From NCBI GenBank assembly GCA_965601925.1, contig OZ271854.1, positions 3,072,001 through 3,136,000 on the forward strand: a stretch of 64,000 nucleotides of DNA. Reading direction: 5' to 3'. The notes under the pieces were generated by a model that saw only the letters and a list, made by a program, of their open reading frames with translations, did not search any database and was not told the origin of the DNA. Below, in pieces: positions 19,371 through 29,288 of the stretch. The translations under genes were made by a program, and so were the position numbers. The stretch comes from Alkalispirochaeta sp. Its GTDB lineage: Bacteria; Spirochaetota; Spirochaetia; DSM-27196; Alkalispirochaetaceae. Positions within the stretch are counted from its first letter, which is position 1, and each line of letters starts with the position of its first letter.

Positions 19371-19396
19371 GTGCATTGTTACCGGTAACAATGCAC
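19371..19396. promoter_or_regulatory. Probable LacI-family operator
   Basis: Perfect 26-bp palindrome GTGCATTGTTACCGGTAACAATGCAC with a central CG. It lies just downstream of a minus-strand TTGACA-17-CAGAAT promoter (19403-19431) of an operon containing lacI. Confidence 0.8.
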
Positions 19397-19604
19397 TGGT
19401 ATATTCTGCAGTGGCTCGCGCGCGGTGTCAAGAAAAAAGGATCGCGGGGTAGGGGATGCGCCTATCGCCGGCCGTACTCACAGGTCGTGGAAGTGCCGTA
19501 GCCGGTGTGCATCGTGCGGCGCGGCGCGGAACCGCGGGTCGACGTGCGTATCCGCTTGTGTTTGATCGACTCCCGTTTCTACACGATCGTACTTCGTCGT
19601 GTTG

Positions 19605-19622
19605 ACATACTTCTGAGTATGT
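19605..19622. promoter_or_regulatory. Probable TetR operator 1
   Basis: Inverted repeat ACATACT-tctg-AGTATGT overlapping TTGACA at 19602-19607 upstream of tetR. Confidence 0.65.
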
Positions 19623-19642
19623 TCGTATGGTTGCCGTACAAC

Positions 19643-20191
19643 ATGGAGACCAAACGTGAACTGCTCATGGCGACGCTCGCCTTAGTCTCTCGACGGGGAT
19701 ACGAAAATGTGAGCATCGATGATATCGCCGCGGCGACGAACAATACGAAGGGAGCGGTGTATCACTACTTTCATAGCAAAGACGATCTCTACAAAGAGGC
19801 TCTCGACCTCCTTGCCGGACACTTGACGTCACTCGGCTCCCTCGCGTTGGACGAACGGACGTCGCCGTCCGAATCGATGAAACGGATTTTGACGGCGTTG
19901 GTCGACGGCGACCCGACTGTCGGCACCGGATTGTCCACCGACGACGTGTACTACCTCTTTTTTGACGGGATGCGACGATTTCCTGAGCTCAAAAAGCGCT
20001 TTCAAGAACTCACTCGAAGCTACCTACGAAGCGTTGCCGATCGCATCGCGGGCGACTCAGCCGACGGAAGACGCGTCGAGGCACTTCAGTTCCTCGTGTG
20101 GGTCGAGGGAATCGGCCTCATCCAGGCGATAACGGGCGGACTCATCGGAAAGAAGGACATCGGCGACATGATCGATCGCTTTTTCGCATAA
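19643..20191 (+). CDS. TetR/AcrR family regulator
   Basis: RGYENVSIDDIA....TKGAVYHYFHSKDDL HTH. Confidence 0.88.
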   Translation: METKRELLMATLALVSRRGYENVSIDDIAAATNNTKGAVYHYFHSKDDLYKEALDLLAGHLTSLGSLALDERTSPSESMKRILTALVDGDPTVGTGLSTDDVYYLFFDGMRRFPELKKRFQELTRSYLRSVADRIAGDSADGRRVEALQFLVWVEGIGLIQAITGGLIGKKDIGDMIDRFFA

Positions 20192-20205
20192 TTTTTTTGC
20201 GCGTG

Positions 20206-20223
20206 ACATACTCGAGAGTATGC
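20206..20223. promoter_or_regulatory. Probable TetR operator 2
   Basis: ACATACT-cgag-AGTATGC, with the same arms and spacing as the site at 19605, just before the hydrolase RBS. Confidence 0.6.
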
Positions 20224-20235
20224 CCGAAGGAGGAG

Positions 20236-21234
20236 ATGGTGACGTGGCTTTTCGTTTGTGCCGTTACGGTTACGGGTTTCCTGGTCCTTCGTATGCGATA
20301 TCGACGCTGGCTGGCGGCGCATACGATTCGCGTATCCGCCGACAGCACGATCGTCCAGACGAGCGCGGGGCAGGTGGAGTACGACGTGCGCGGACGAGGA
20401 CCGGTCGTGTTGCACTTTCACGGCGGCAATGTCGGCCACAACGGTTGGTTTATGCTCGACCACCTCGTAGAAGCGGGCTTCCGGCTCCTCACCCCCGATC
20501 GACCGGGTTATCTGGGAACGATCCTCGACGGTAACGGATCGCCGGCGGCTCAGGCGGATCTGGCCGCCGCTTTGCTCGATGAACTGGCGGTCGAGTCGGT
20601 AGCCGTTGTAGGCGTGTCCGCCGGCGGTCCCGCCGCCATACAATTTGCGCTTCGCTACGCCGAACGAACGCGCGGCCTCGTGCTACTGTCGGCGATCACT
20701 CGCCGCACACAACTCACCGACGATCAGCTGAAAAGCGCGCTGGGAAAGCTCGTGATGTCGAGACGCGGGCAGAACGCGGCGTACTTTCTCATCCATCAAG
20801 CGATGCGACGGATGCCCGCTTTAGCGCTCCGAGATTACGTACGCACCGAAACGACGTACGATGCGGCGCGAGGCAAGCGATACATCGAGCAGGTTCTCGC
20901 CGACCCTCGGCAACGATCGCATGTGAAAGCGCTCACCGATGCGATAGTGCCGGCCCTCCCGCGTTTTGCCGGCGTGATGAACGATATCGACGTTCAGCGA
21001 GCCCTCGATGATATGCCGCTGGAGCGTATCGCGACGCCGACGCTCATGGTCCACAGCCGCTACGATGGGGACGTCCCGTACGACACGGCGGTCCATACGG
21101 CCTCCCGTATACCTCGCGTCGAGCTCATTCCCGTCGAGCAGTTCGGCCATATGATCTGGTGGGGCGACGCACGAGTGGTGCGCGATTTTCAGACTCGTAT
21201 CGAGCACTTCCTACGGGACACCGCGAGTATGTGA
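20236..21234 (+). CDS. Membrane-anchored alpha/beta hydrolase
   Basis: AGGAGGAG RBS, N-terminal hydrophobic helix, HGG, DRPGY, GVSAGG nucleophile elbow, and D and GH catalytic positions. Confidence 0.85.
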   Translation: MVTWLFVCAVTVTGFLVLRMRYRRWLAAHTIRVSADSTIVQTSAGQVEYDVRGRGPVVLHFHGGNVGHNGWFMLDHLVEAGFRLLTPDRPGYLGTILDGNGSPAAQADLAAALLDELAVESVAVVGVSAGGPAAIQFALRYAERTRGLVLLSAITRRTQLTDDQLKSALGKLVMSRRGQNAAYFLIHQAMRRMPALALRDYVRTETTYDAARGKRYIEQVLADPRQRSHVKALTDAIVPALPRFAGVMNDIDVQRALDDMPLERIATPTLMVHSRYDGDVPYDTAVHTASRIPRVELIPVEQFGHMIWWGDARVVRDFQTRIEHFLRDTASM

Positions 21235-21276
21235 TGCCGTCGGCACCGCTGAGGAACGGACGTCTCCCGCTCTCGG

Positions 21277-23097
21277 TTAATCGACCTTGAAGCGGCCGAC
21301 GCTCTGTTCGACCGACGTCACTTGCCCCCGGGTGTCGTCGGTGAGTTGTTCTACTTCGCCGATCGTCTCAACGATCGATTCAGTGTTACGATTCATCGCG
21401 TCGACCTGGTTCTCAATCGTCTTTGTCGTATCGACGAGGCTTTTGATTTTTTCTATCGCCGAACGGCTTCCGGCCGTCATCTGCTGGCTGCCGCCGCGAA
21501 CCTTGTGGGTAAGTTCGTTGATGAGCTGAAACGACTCCAGCACCTGTTGGTTTCCCGTCGACTGCTCGTCCATGGCGCCCTTGATCTGCTCCTGAAAGCG
21601 TACGACCGTCCTAATCGCCTCTTGTACCGAATCGAACGCTTTCCCCGCCTCTCCGGCTTGAGACACTACATCCTCGATGGACCGTTGGAGACTGGAGAGG
21701 ACCGACGAGATCGATTTCGATTGCGTCGACGAGTTTTCCGCGAGCTTCCTGATCTCATCGGCGACGACGGCAAACCCGCGCCCCGCTTCACCGGCGTGAG
21801 CCGCTTCGATCGCGGCGTTCATGGCCAGGAGGTTGGTCTGGGCCGCGACGTTGTCGATGGTCGCATTGGCTTGGAGCATGCCCTGGGATTGCTCTGCGAT
21901 CGAGGCGACCATCGAGTTCACCTCGGAGATGCGTTCCGAACCGGCATCGGCAACCTCCTCGAGGTAGCGGAACTGCTCGGCGCTCTTATCCAGGTTCTGG
22001 GTGACCGACACGACACTCGCTATCATCTGTTCGACCGCCGCGGTACTGTTCTGTATCGTTTGGGCCTGCTGCTCTATGCTCGATGAGAGGGTCTCCACGG
22101 TCGAGGTTATCTCCGCCATCGTAGACGATATCTCCGTCACCTCGGGCGCTTGATGATCGACCACTTGGGTGCGAACGTGTTCGATGCCCGCGCTAATGTC
22201 GCGCACCGCCCGCGTCGTCTGCTCCATACTCTGCGTGAGCCCGCCGCTGGCCGCCGAGAGTTGCCGTACGGCGTCGCGAACGACGCCGATCGTGCCCGAA
22301 AGACCGGCGACGAAGGAGTTGAACCGGTGCGCTACGCGACCCACCTCGTCGTCCCGATCGTCCGGAAGGCGCATGGTGAGGTCGCCGTCACCCTCTGATA
22401 TGTCGTGCAGTGCATCGCCGATGGAGCGCAACGGATTGATGGCTCGAATCGTCCACAGCGCGAGAAGCGCCCCCGCCACGAGTGCCGCCGTCGTCGCAAT
22501 CGTTATCAGGAATGCAAACCCCTGTGCCGTCGAGCGCGTTACGTCCGAGATAGTGGAGTTGTACGACTCCTGGAGGTCGATGAATACGTTGATCGCATCC
22601 AGCCATTGGGTGAACAACGGCCGGGCCGTTTCCAGCAAGAGCGATCGCGCGGTATCGCGTTCTCCGACGTCGACGAGCCTGATGATCTCGTCGACCACCG
22701 GCTCGGTCCGCTCCTCGATCGACTTGATAATTCTGAACGCCTCCCGCTCTTCGTCGGTGAGGCCGGCGGTGTTCTCAAAAATGGCGTCCAACGACGCTTC
22801 GGACTCTTCGTAGAACGTCTTGAGGCGATCGATGTCGTCTATCACGGCTGATAAGAGCATCGGATCATTCTCGGCCAACACGACGTCTCTGATATTGATC
22901 GATCGGTCGTGGACGCTCCCGCGGAAGTTGATCGCGTAGCGCTGTTTGACCGCATTTACATCATTGATCTGGATGAGGCCCGAGTTGATCTGAGCAACCC
23001 GAAAGATTCCCACGCCTCCTAATGCGACCATGAGCGCGAGGATTACTGCGAACCCGATAAAAATCTTCCTGCGTATGAGCACGGTGCGTCTGGCCAA
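21277..23097 (-). CDS. Methyl-accepting chemotaxis protein (four-helix-bundle sensor, HAMP)
   Basis: Two TM helices, HAMP (GDLT.RL..DEVG) and [35 protein letters not shown]. Confidence 0.95.
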   Translation of the reverse strand: MARRTVLIRRKIFIGFAVILALMVALGGVGIFRVAQINSGLIQINDVNAVKQRYAINFRGSVHDRSINIRDVVLAENDPMLLSAVIDDIDRLKTFYEESEASLDAIFENTAGLTDEEREAFRIIKSIEERTEPVVDEIIRLVDVGERDTARSLLLETARPLFTQWLDAINVFIDLQESYNSTISDVTRSTAQGFAFLITIATTAALVAGALLALWTIRAINPLRSIGDALHDISEGDGDLTMRLPDDRDDEVGRVAHRFNSFVAGLSGTIGVVRDAVRQLSAASGGLTQSMEQTTRAVRDISAGIEHVRTQVVDHQAPEVTEISSTMAEITSTVETLSSSIEQQAQTIQNSTAAVEQMIASVVSVTQNLDKSAEQFRYLEEVADAGSERISEVNSMVASIAEQSQGMLQANATIDNVAAQTNLLAMNAAIEAAHAGEAGRGFAVVADEIRKLAENSSTQSKSISSVLSSLQRSIEDVVSQAGEAGKAFDSVQEAIRTVVRFQEQIKGAMDEQSTGNQQVLESFQLINELTHKVRGGSQQMTAGSRSAIEKIKSLVDTTKTIENQVDAMNRNTESIVETIGEVEQLTDDTRGQVTSVEQSVGRFKVD

Positions 23098-23201
23098 TGG
23101 TGTCCCCTATCGCGCGCGGCAATCCCGAGTTTTCCCAAAAGATAATCTTTTTTGTTCGGAACGTGCGTGCCGGCGCGGCGATCGGGAACGACCGACGGCG
23201 A

Positions 23202-24203
23202 CTACTCGGAGGAGTGCCTTCGTAGCTCCATAGCGCGGGCTCCTTGGGCCCGCACGAACCCGCATTGCTCGAAAAAGCCGACCGCGTCCTCGTTGGAAAC
23301 GAGCACGACATGCCCGGCAGGGAGCAGGGCACCGAGCAGCGTTTCTATCATGCGCTTTCCCAGGCCACGTCCCTGATACTCTCGGTCTACCAACACATAG
23401 TGTATATACGCCGCGTGAGATCCGTCCGAAAGAGCGTTCGCCAGTGCCACGAGCCGCTCGCCGTCCCATAGAGATACGACCACCGTACTTCGTCTCATGA
23501 CGCGCGCTATTTCGATCGTGTTCTTCTTACGTCTCCAGCCGACGCTTCGCATGAGGCGGACGATCTGATTCGGAGAGATCATCTTCGTGGTACGAATCGC
23601 TATCTGAGATCCCGATTCATAGATGGGGCCCTCTTCTCGCTCGGTGTCACGCGTCGCCCGCTGCCGAGCGTGTTCGTTCCGCCGATGAATCCGCGAATAC
23701 TGCACTTGATCGTGCAAAGATCCTTCCTTCTCAATCGCGCACTCGAAGTAGCCGTCCAGTTCGTACCCGGACTTCTCGAGGACGCGAATCGAGCCGCGGT
23801 TGCGTGCAAAGGCGCGCGCATATAGTCGAACGATATCCGTGTTCTCGAACACGTGGTTCGTAAGGGCCCGGATTGCCGCGGTCGCAATGCCGTTCCCCCA
23901 ATACGGTCGGCCGAGCCAGTAGCCGAGCGAGGCCGATTTGCGGAGGATGTCGTCGTTCCGGTCGAAATGAACGTGCCCGACGAACCGATCAGCGGAGCAG
24001 ATCGCAAAGTACCGATCGGGTCGTCGCTCCCAAAGCGACCGATACGCCCGTTTTGCGTGCTCGAGCGTATAGGGATGGGGAAACTCGTCACGCATGAACT
24101 GCCAGATTTCGTAATCATCGGCCTGTCGCACATACTCGGGAAGGTCATATTCTCGAATCGACCGTAGCCGGATGTCGGGACGCTCGGTCACGATACGGGT
24201 CAT
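23202..24203 (-). CDS. Tandem GNAT acetyltransferase (RimJ/RimL-like plus a second GNAT)
   Basis: LGYWLGRPYWGNGIAT...N.GS.RVLEKSG, then a second motif YQGRGLGKRM..GFFEQCGF. Confidence 0.8.
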   Translation of the reverse strand: MTRIVTERPDIRLRSIREYDLPEYVRQADDYEIWQFMRDEFPHPYTLEHAKRAYRSLWERRPDRYFAICSADRFVGHVHFDRNDDILRKSASLGYWLGRPYWGNGIATAAIRALTNHVFENTDIVRLYARAFARNRGSIRVLEKSGYELDGYFECAIEKEGSLHDQVQYSRIHRRNEHARQRATRDTEREEGPIYESGSQIAIRTTKMISPNQIVRLMRSVGWRRKKNTIEIARVMRRSTVVVSLWDGERLVALANALSDGSHAAYIHYVLVDREYQGRGLGKRMIETLLGALLPAGHVVLVSNEDAVGFFEQCGFVRAQGARAMELRRHSSE

Positions 24204-24340
24204 CGCCTCACAGCATACACGATTCCGTCGGAGTTCTCATGGGCATCGACACCCGTATCGAAATGAACCGCTCGTGGCGTCTCTTGACTCCTCCGACCCT
24301 CTTGCACGTGGTATGATGGTGTATTGGTTCCGAGGGCACA

Positions 24341-25054
24341 ATGATAAACCAGCTCATTGTGGAGCCGATGCGGTACGACGTGTTGCTCTGGCGTTGTCTG
24401 CACGGCGGGCCGATTAACGCCGACAATCTCGAGAATCCGGAACGGAATGGTGCCGTGGATTGGGATTTTTGTCGCGTTCGGAACATCCCGATCCTCCGAA
24501 AACTCATCCGGACATACGGGACGTGCGCAATGTTGGCCCGAATCGGAGACTCCGTCGTCGGGACGCTTCGGTTCTACCCGCTGTGGCTGTGCCCCACCGA
24601 CGCGGAGGGGGCGGGGTTCTGTCTCCAGCAGTGCTATCCGGCGGGACCGCGCGAGGCGGTGGCCTCGGGGGCGTGGCCGTCGCTTCAAGAGCTCGAACGG
24701 AAGACACTCTTCGTACACTGCATGATGGTCGCCGCGATCGACGGTGATCAGAATCGCATCCGTCGCCGGGGTATCGGCTCGGAGATGGTGCGGGGATTGA
24801 TCCGATGGGCGACGGAACAAGGGTGGCAGTCGATTGAGGCGGACGCATATGAGGAGATCCCGATGCTGTATGCGATGAGCGGAACGGCCGGCAGACGGTT
24901 TTGGCGAAGGCTTGGATTCCGCGTGGTCGGACGTGACACCGAACCCGCTCTGAGGGGAGACCTATTGAGAGCAGTCCAAAAGAGCGCGATCGATGCCGGA
25001 GTGCCGGCCGAGCGGGCCGCCGATAGATTTCGAATGCGATTTGAGCTGCGATAG
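24341..25054 (+). CDS. GNAT-like acetyltransferase
   Basis: RRRGIGSEM acetyl-CoA motif and FWRRLGF. Confidence 0.65.
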   Translation: MINQLIVEPMRYDVLLWRCLHGGPINADNLENPERNGAVDWDFCRVRNIPILRKLIRTYGTCAMLARIGDSVVGTLRFYPLWLCPTDAEGAGFCLQQCYPAGPREAVASGAWPSLQELERKTLFVHCMMVAAIDGDQNRIRRRGIGSEMVRGLIRWATEQGWQSIEADAYEEIPMLYAMSGTAGRRFWRRLGFRVVGRDTEPALRGDLLRAVQKSAIDAGVPAERAADRFRMRFELR

Positions 25055-25324
25055 CGCGTGATAACCGCGGATGCGGCCGACCTGCAGTCAAACGACCGGT
25101 TGCATCGAGCGGCCGTTCATCGATGCGGTAACCGCCTGCCGCCGCGACGGACGGTACGAGCCGGGCGATATGCCGCCGGCGATCGGTAGAATATCTGCCG
25201 GGCAAGCTCGATTGGGCGGCCTCTCGGCCTCCCCACGACCGGTGGCGAAATCCGGTAGCGGGATCGAGTCCGGTCGGATCGCTTCGATACTCGAACTCGT
25301 CGGCCGCGATGTACGTATCCTATA

Positions 25325-25873
25325 CTACTCATCCGGGACGATTTTCGTTACGCGGTCGATATTGGGGTCGCTGAAACGATCCAACGCATCCCGGGCGATA
25401 GTGGAAAAACTAAAAAGAACCGCGCCCCGAGGACCGGCCTGAAACCAGTGCTTGCTTCCGGGCTTGCAGTAGAGCTGCTCCCCGGGCTGCATAACGATCT
25501 CCTTGCGACAGGTGTAGTACTCCTCCCGCCTCTCGGGAATATGGCCCACCGTTGGACCTCCGTCGCCCTCAACATAGAAATAGAGGTCGCCGTAGAGGTG
25601 GCGAACGGTCTCTTCTTTGCCGGGGTCGTCGCCTACCGGTGGATGCCAGTGTTCCGGCTCGGTCTGGTTGGGCATCAGCGCAAGTAGCTTCACGCTTATT
25701 CGGTCCGTTTGGACGAGCGTGAGAATCTGCGCCCCTTCGACGGAGAGGTTGGTCAACCCAAAGTCGACGACCTCGATCTTTTCCGTCTCTTCCGGGGTAA
25801 TTCCGAACTGTGCCTTGGCAAATAGTTCGACCGCGGCCTCTCGGGCGGCGGCCGCCTCACTCTCGGTAATCAT
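25325..25873 (-). CDS. D-lyxose/D-mannose family cupin sugar isomerase
   Basis: DFGL, KLL...NQTEPEHWHP...PGKEET, HWFQAG and D.FSDP. Confidence 0.85.
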   Translation of the reverse strand: MITESEAAAAREAAVELFAKAQFGITPEETEKIEVVDFGLTNLSVEGAQILTLVQTDRISVKLLALMPNQTEPEHWHPPVGDDPGKEETVRHLYGDLYFYVEGDGGPTVGHIPERREEYYTCRKEIVMQPGEQLYCKPGSKHWFQAGPRGAVLFSFSTIARDALDRFSDPNIDRVTKIVPDE

Positions 25874-25894
25874 TGCGCGTCCTCCACTCCCGAC

Positions 25895-26857
25895 TCACAT
25901 TCTGAGTAGCTTCTCTTCGATAAACTTCCACGTATCCATGTAGTCTCGACTGGAGATCGCCTTTTCGAATTCATCGTCTCCGATCTCCTCGATGGTGCTC
26001 CAGATCTTCTCCGTTAACCGCACGTTGGCGACAAACATCTCGCTCATGTCGAATCGCGTAGGCTGGGTGTCTGAGGTGAGATACCCATCGTAGCCGAACT
26101 TCCTCAAGTAGTAGACAAACTCAATGTACTCGAGCAGCGTGTGGCTTCCGCAGAAGAAATCCCAGTCCCAGGTGCGGTCGTTGTCGTTAATATGGACGTA
26201 GTAGGGGAAAGGACTGTTCTCAACGAGGGTGAGCGCCATTGCCGGATGTTCGCCGGAGTAAACCGAGTGTCCGTAGTCGAGGGTTACGCCGATCGATTTG
26301 TTGCCGATCTCATTGAGAAGCAAAAGTACATCTGCTATTCGGGGAAGGTAGGTAACTCGTCGTGTCTCCTTCGGTTTGTACTCGATGAAGAGCGGAATTT
26401 CCGGGCGATAGGAGCCCGCCTCTCCGAACATCTCGACCAGACGGCTCCAATTCTTTTGGTAGTCGGACTGGAAGACGAACTCGAATCCGTCTCCAAGGGG
26501 GCAACAGGTGACCTGGGGCGCGCCGATCTCATGGCTGAAGTCCTTTGCCTCTTTTATGAAGCTCACGGCCCGCTCCCGGATCTTCTTATCCGGGGAGGTA
26601 AGCCCCCCATCTCGGAACTCCGGCTCGCCCTTTACGTTGACGTTTACCGCGGAGACCGACAAGGAGTATTGATCGAGGAGTGCCTTAGTTTTCGAAGGGC
26701 TTTCCACCTCGTAGGGATAGACGATCTCCACCGCCTCGTAGCCGGTCAGCCTTTGCGTGGCTTCAAATTTCTGCTCGAGAGATCGTGGTTCGTTATAGAC
26801 GTGGAATCGATCTTTGGTCTGCCCCAAAAAGGTAGTAATAACGGAATATCGAGGCAC
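25895..26857 (-). CDS. Xylose-isomerase-like TIM-barrel sugar isomerase/epimerase
   Basis: EYKPKE, DYGH and HINDN..WDWD metal motifs. AAGGAG lies before the GTG start. Confidence 0.82.
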   Translation of the reverse strand: MPRYSVITTFLGQTKDRFHVYNEPRSLEQKFEATQRLTGYEAVEIVYPYEVESPSKTKALLDQYSLSVSAVNVNVKGEPEFRDGGLTSPDKKIRERAVSFIKEAKDFSHEIGAPQVTCCPLGDGFEFVFQSDYQKNWSRLVEMFGEAGSYRPEIPLFIEYKPKETRRVTYLPRIADVLLLLNEIGNKSIGVTLDYGHSVYSGEHPAMALTLVENSPFPYYVHINDNDRTWDWDFFCGSHTLLEYIEFVYYLRKFGYDGYLTSDTQPTRFDMSEMFVANVRLTEKIWSTIEEIGDDEFEKAISSRDYMDTWKFIEEKLLRM

Positions 26858-26888
26858 GGCGCTATCTCCTTTCACATTGAGCTCATAC

Positions 26889-26948
26889 TGTATGCATAAA
26901 AAAATTTTTGCATACAAATATCATATCCGCTATTATACGAGGTGTCAA
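26889..26948 (-). promoter_or_regulatory. Sigma70 promoter with probable GntR/FadR operator
   Basis: Minus-strand TTGACA-17-TATGAT (26948-26920), followed by inverted repeat TGTATGCA-N12-TGCATACA (26889-26916). Confidence 0.65.
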
Positions 26949-27017
26949 ACGAGCAGGAACGGCCGGGAGTCCTCCGTTGACACGACGAATCGGGGCGTAT
27001 TATATGAGGCGACGCGT

Positions 27018-27764
27018 ATGAGTACCGAACCCAAGAGTAGCGATCGGCCGGACGAGGGACTGAGTCGCAGCAAGCCGACCACCGAAGAGGTGTACGAGCA
27101 ACTCAAGGACTTAATAGCCAACCGCGAGATCAAAATGGGCGAGAAGATTATCCAAGCCCAGATGGCGGAACGGCTCAACGCGAGTCGCACGCCCGTTATT
27201 AACGCATTGCACAAGCTGGTATCAGAGGGCCTTGTTGACGCGCGACGTCACTCCGGATTCTACGTTCACAAGGTTTCGGTAAAAGAGATGGCCGACCTTT
27301 TCGAGTTACGGAAAGCTCTTGACATGGTGATCGCCGACGACCTCTGTCCGAGGATTACGGATGAGCAGATTCGAACGCTTCGAGCGATCTTTGCCCCGTT
27401 CGATGCAGCCGAGCGGATAGATACCGCCGAATACGCCCACGCCGACGTACGATTCCACGCTTTACTGATGTGGTGGTGCGGAAACGAGCAGGTTCAGCGA
27501 GTGAACGAGACGCTTCAGGTTCTCAACAGGACCTTTGTCGCCGGTTTAATACGCCCGCCGAGGGAGACCTTGCCCGAACACCACGCGATCATCGACAGCT
27601 TCGCACAACGAGAGGTTCGGTCGTGTGCTCGGGCCATGCGCAATCACATAGCGGTAACCAGCGGCAGGTTGCGAGATATGGTAGAGAGCCTGCGTCGCAT
27701 AAACGTCGATCCGGCGTCTATCCCGATCGACGAAGTAGATATGGGAAATCCCCGACCGGGCTGA
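27018..27764 (+). CDS. GntR family (FadR/FCD) regulator
   Basis: VYEQLKDLI....MGEKI....MAERLNASRTPVINAL..L..EGLV winged HTH plus FH..L and EH..I FCD motifs. Confidence 0.9.
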   Translation: MSTEPKSSDRPDEGLSRSKPTTEEVYEQLKDLIANREIKMGEKIIQAQMAERLNASRTPVINALHKLVSEGLVDARRHSGFYVHKVSVKEMADLFELRKALDMVIADDLCPRITDEQIRTLRAIFAPFDAAERIDTAEYAHADVRFHALLMWWCGNEQVQRVNETLQVLNRTFVAGLIRPPRETLPEHHAIIDSFAQREVRSCARAMRNHIAVTSGRLRDMVESLRRINVDPASIPIDEVDMGNPRPG

Positions 27765-27808
27765 GTTTCCGCACCGCCGACTAAATCCTCTTTGAACACG
27801 CATAGCGT

Positions 27809-27863
27809 TTGACAGGCGGCATAAACCGGCTTATTGTATTCAATAAGAATGTAGTGTATTCAA
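27809..27863 (+). promoter_or_regulatory. Sigma70 promoter with probable GntR operator pair
   Basis: TTGACA-17-TATTGT (27809-27837) overlapped by TTATTG-TATT-CAATAA. A second GTGTATTCAA lies 20 bp downstream. Confidence 0.55.
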
Positions 27864-27971
27864 AAATGAGCGTTTGTATGTTGTGTGCGCTACGGTCTTC
27901 GTTTGCACGGGCCGGATCGGTTCGGCCGTCCATGCGGCAAGGGCGGCCCAAGAAATCAAGGAGGGTTTGCT

Positions 27972-29276
27972 ATGGTAAAAGGAAACGGATTGATTCTCTT
28001 GCTCGGCGTCCTCGTAGTGGCGGCGGGAATGGTCTTCGCTTCGGGTCAAGCCGACGGCGAAGACGGCAGTGGTCAACAGCGGACGAGAGAGGATGACACG
28101 TTTGAAGTGGTCGTCTTTCGTGATAACCCGGGACAACATGAGCCGACTCGAGCTCTGGTTGAGCAGTGGGCCGAAGAGAATGGCGTAGATATCCAGATCA
28201 CCATCGCCGGCCACTCGACCCGGCAAACGGTCAATACGACCGCTCTTGAGGGCGGTAGCGGGCCGGACATGATCATGATGACCAATTTCGAGCCGCATCT
28301 CTACGCAGATGGTCTCTTGTCGGTAACCGATCTCGCGGAGGAGATCGGCGAGATGAACGGCGGCTGGTACGATGTTGTACAACAGTCGGCGGTGGTCGAT
28401 GGTGAGTGGAAGGGAATCCCCGTCTACAACTACGCCCACATGATGCTCTATCGCAAAGACGTCTTCCAACAGGCGGGTGTTGATGTTCCGGACGATTGGG
28501 AGGAGTTTCGAGAGGTGCTTCAGGCGATACGGGACACCGACGGTATTACTATGGCTCCTTTCGGCATCTCTCTCGGACGATCTTTTGACGGCCAACAGTT
28601 TCTCGTCAGCGTCATTCTCTCCAACGGCGGAAGCGTGCTCAACGAGGCCGGCGACGAGGTAGTCTTTAACTCTCCCGAAACGGTGGAAGCGCTGGAGTAT
28701 GTGGTTAACCTCTATCGAGACGGCTTGATCGACCAGACCTCTCTCGGCTGGGACGACGGTACCAACAACCAAGCGATGCTGTCGAGTCGCGTGGCGATTA
28801 CCTTCAATAGTAACTCCATCAAGCTCCAGGCGGTGCAGGACTTTCCCGATCTCAACCCGAACATCGGTACTGCGGTCTATCCGCGTGGTCCCGTGGACCG
28901 CGTTTCGAACCCCTACGCGATGAGCTACGGTATCCGAAGGAGCTCCAGGTTCCCCGAGGAGTCCAAGAGCTTACTGCTATACTTGATGCAGCCGGACAAC
29001 TACGCCCGCGTTCTCCGGGAGACCGAAGGCGCCATAGGCGTCACACTCCAGGGCTTCACCGATCTCTCCATTTGGGACGAGCCGGACTACGGCACCAACC
29101 TCGAGGCTATGCCGACGGGACGACTGTTCGCCGAGCCCTCCTCCGAGAGCTCCGAAGTGTACAACGGCTACGTTATCATTGATATGGTAGCCGACGTTTT
29201 GGTGAACGGAATGACTCCCGAAGAAGCGGTGGAACGTGCGGCCTCCCGGATGGAAGAAATCTACTTCGGACAATAG
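27972..29276 (+). CDS. Sugar ABC transporter solute-binding protein
   Basis: Signal ending VFASGQADGE, GPDMI, YRKDVF..AG...P..WEE. Confidence 0.9.
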   Translation: MVKGNGLILLLGVLVVAAGMVFASGQADGEDGSGQQRTREDDTFEVVVFRDNPGQHEPTRALVEQWAEENGVDIQITIAGHSTRQTVNTTALEGGSGPDMIMMTNFEPHLYADGLLSVTDLAEEIGEMNGGWYDVVQQSAVVDGEWKGIPVYNYAHMMLYRKDVFQQAGVDVPDDWEEFREVLQAIRDTDGITMAPFGISLGRSFDGQQFLVSVILSNGGSVLNEAGDEVVFNSPETVEALEYVVNLYRDGLIDQTSLGWDDGTNNQAMLSSRVAITFNSNSIKLQAVQDFPDLNPNIGTAVYPRGPVDRVSNPYAMSYGIRRSSRFPEESKSLLLYLMQPDNYARVLRETEGAIGVTLQGFTDLSIWDEPDYGTNLEAMPTGRLFAEPSSESSEVYNGYVIIDMVADVLVNGMTPEEAVERAASRMEEIYFGQ

Positions 29277-29288
29277 GACGGAGAAACG

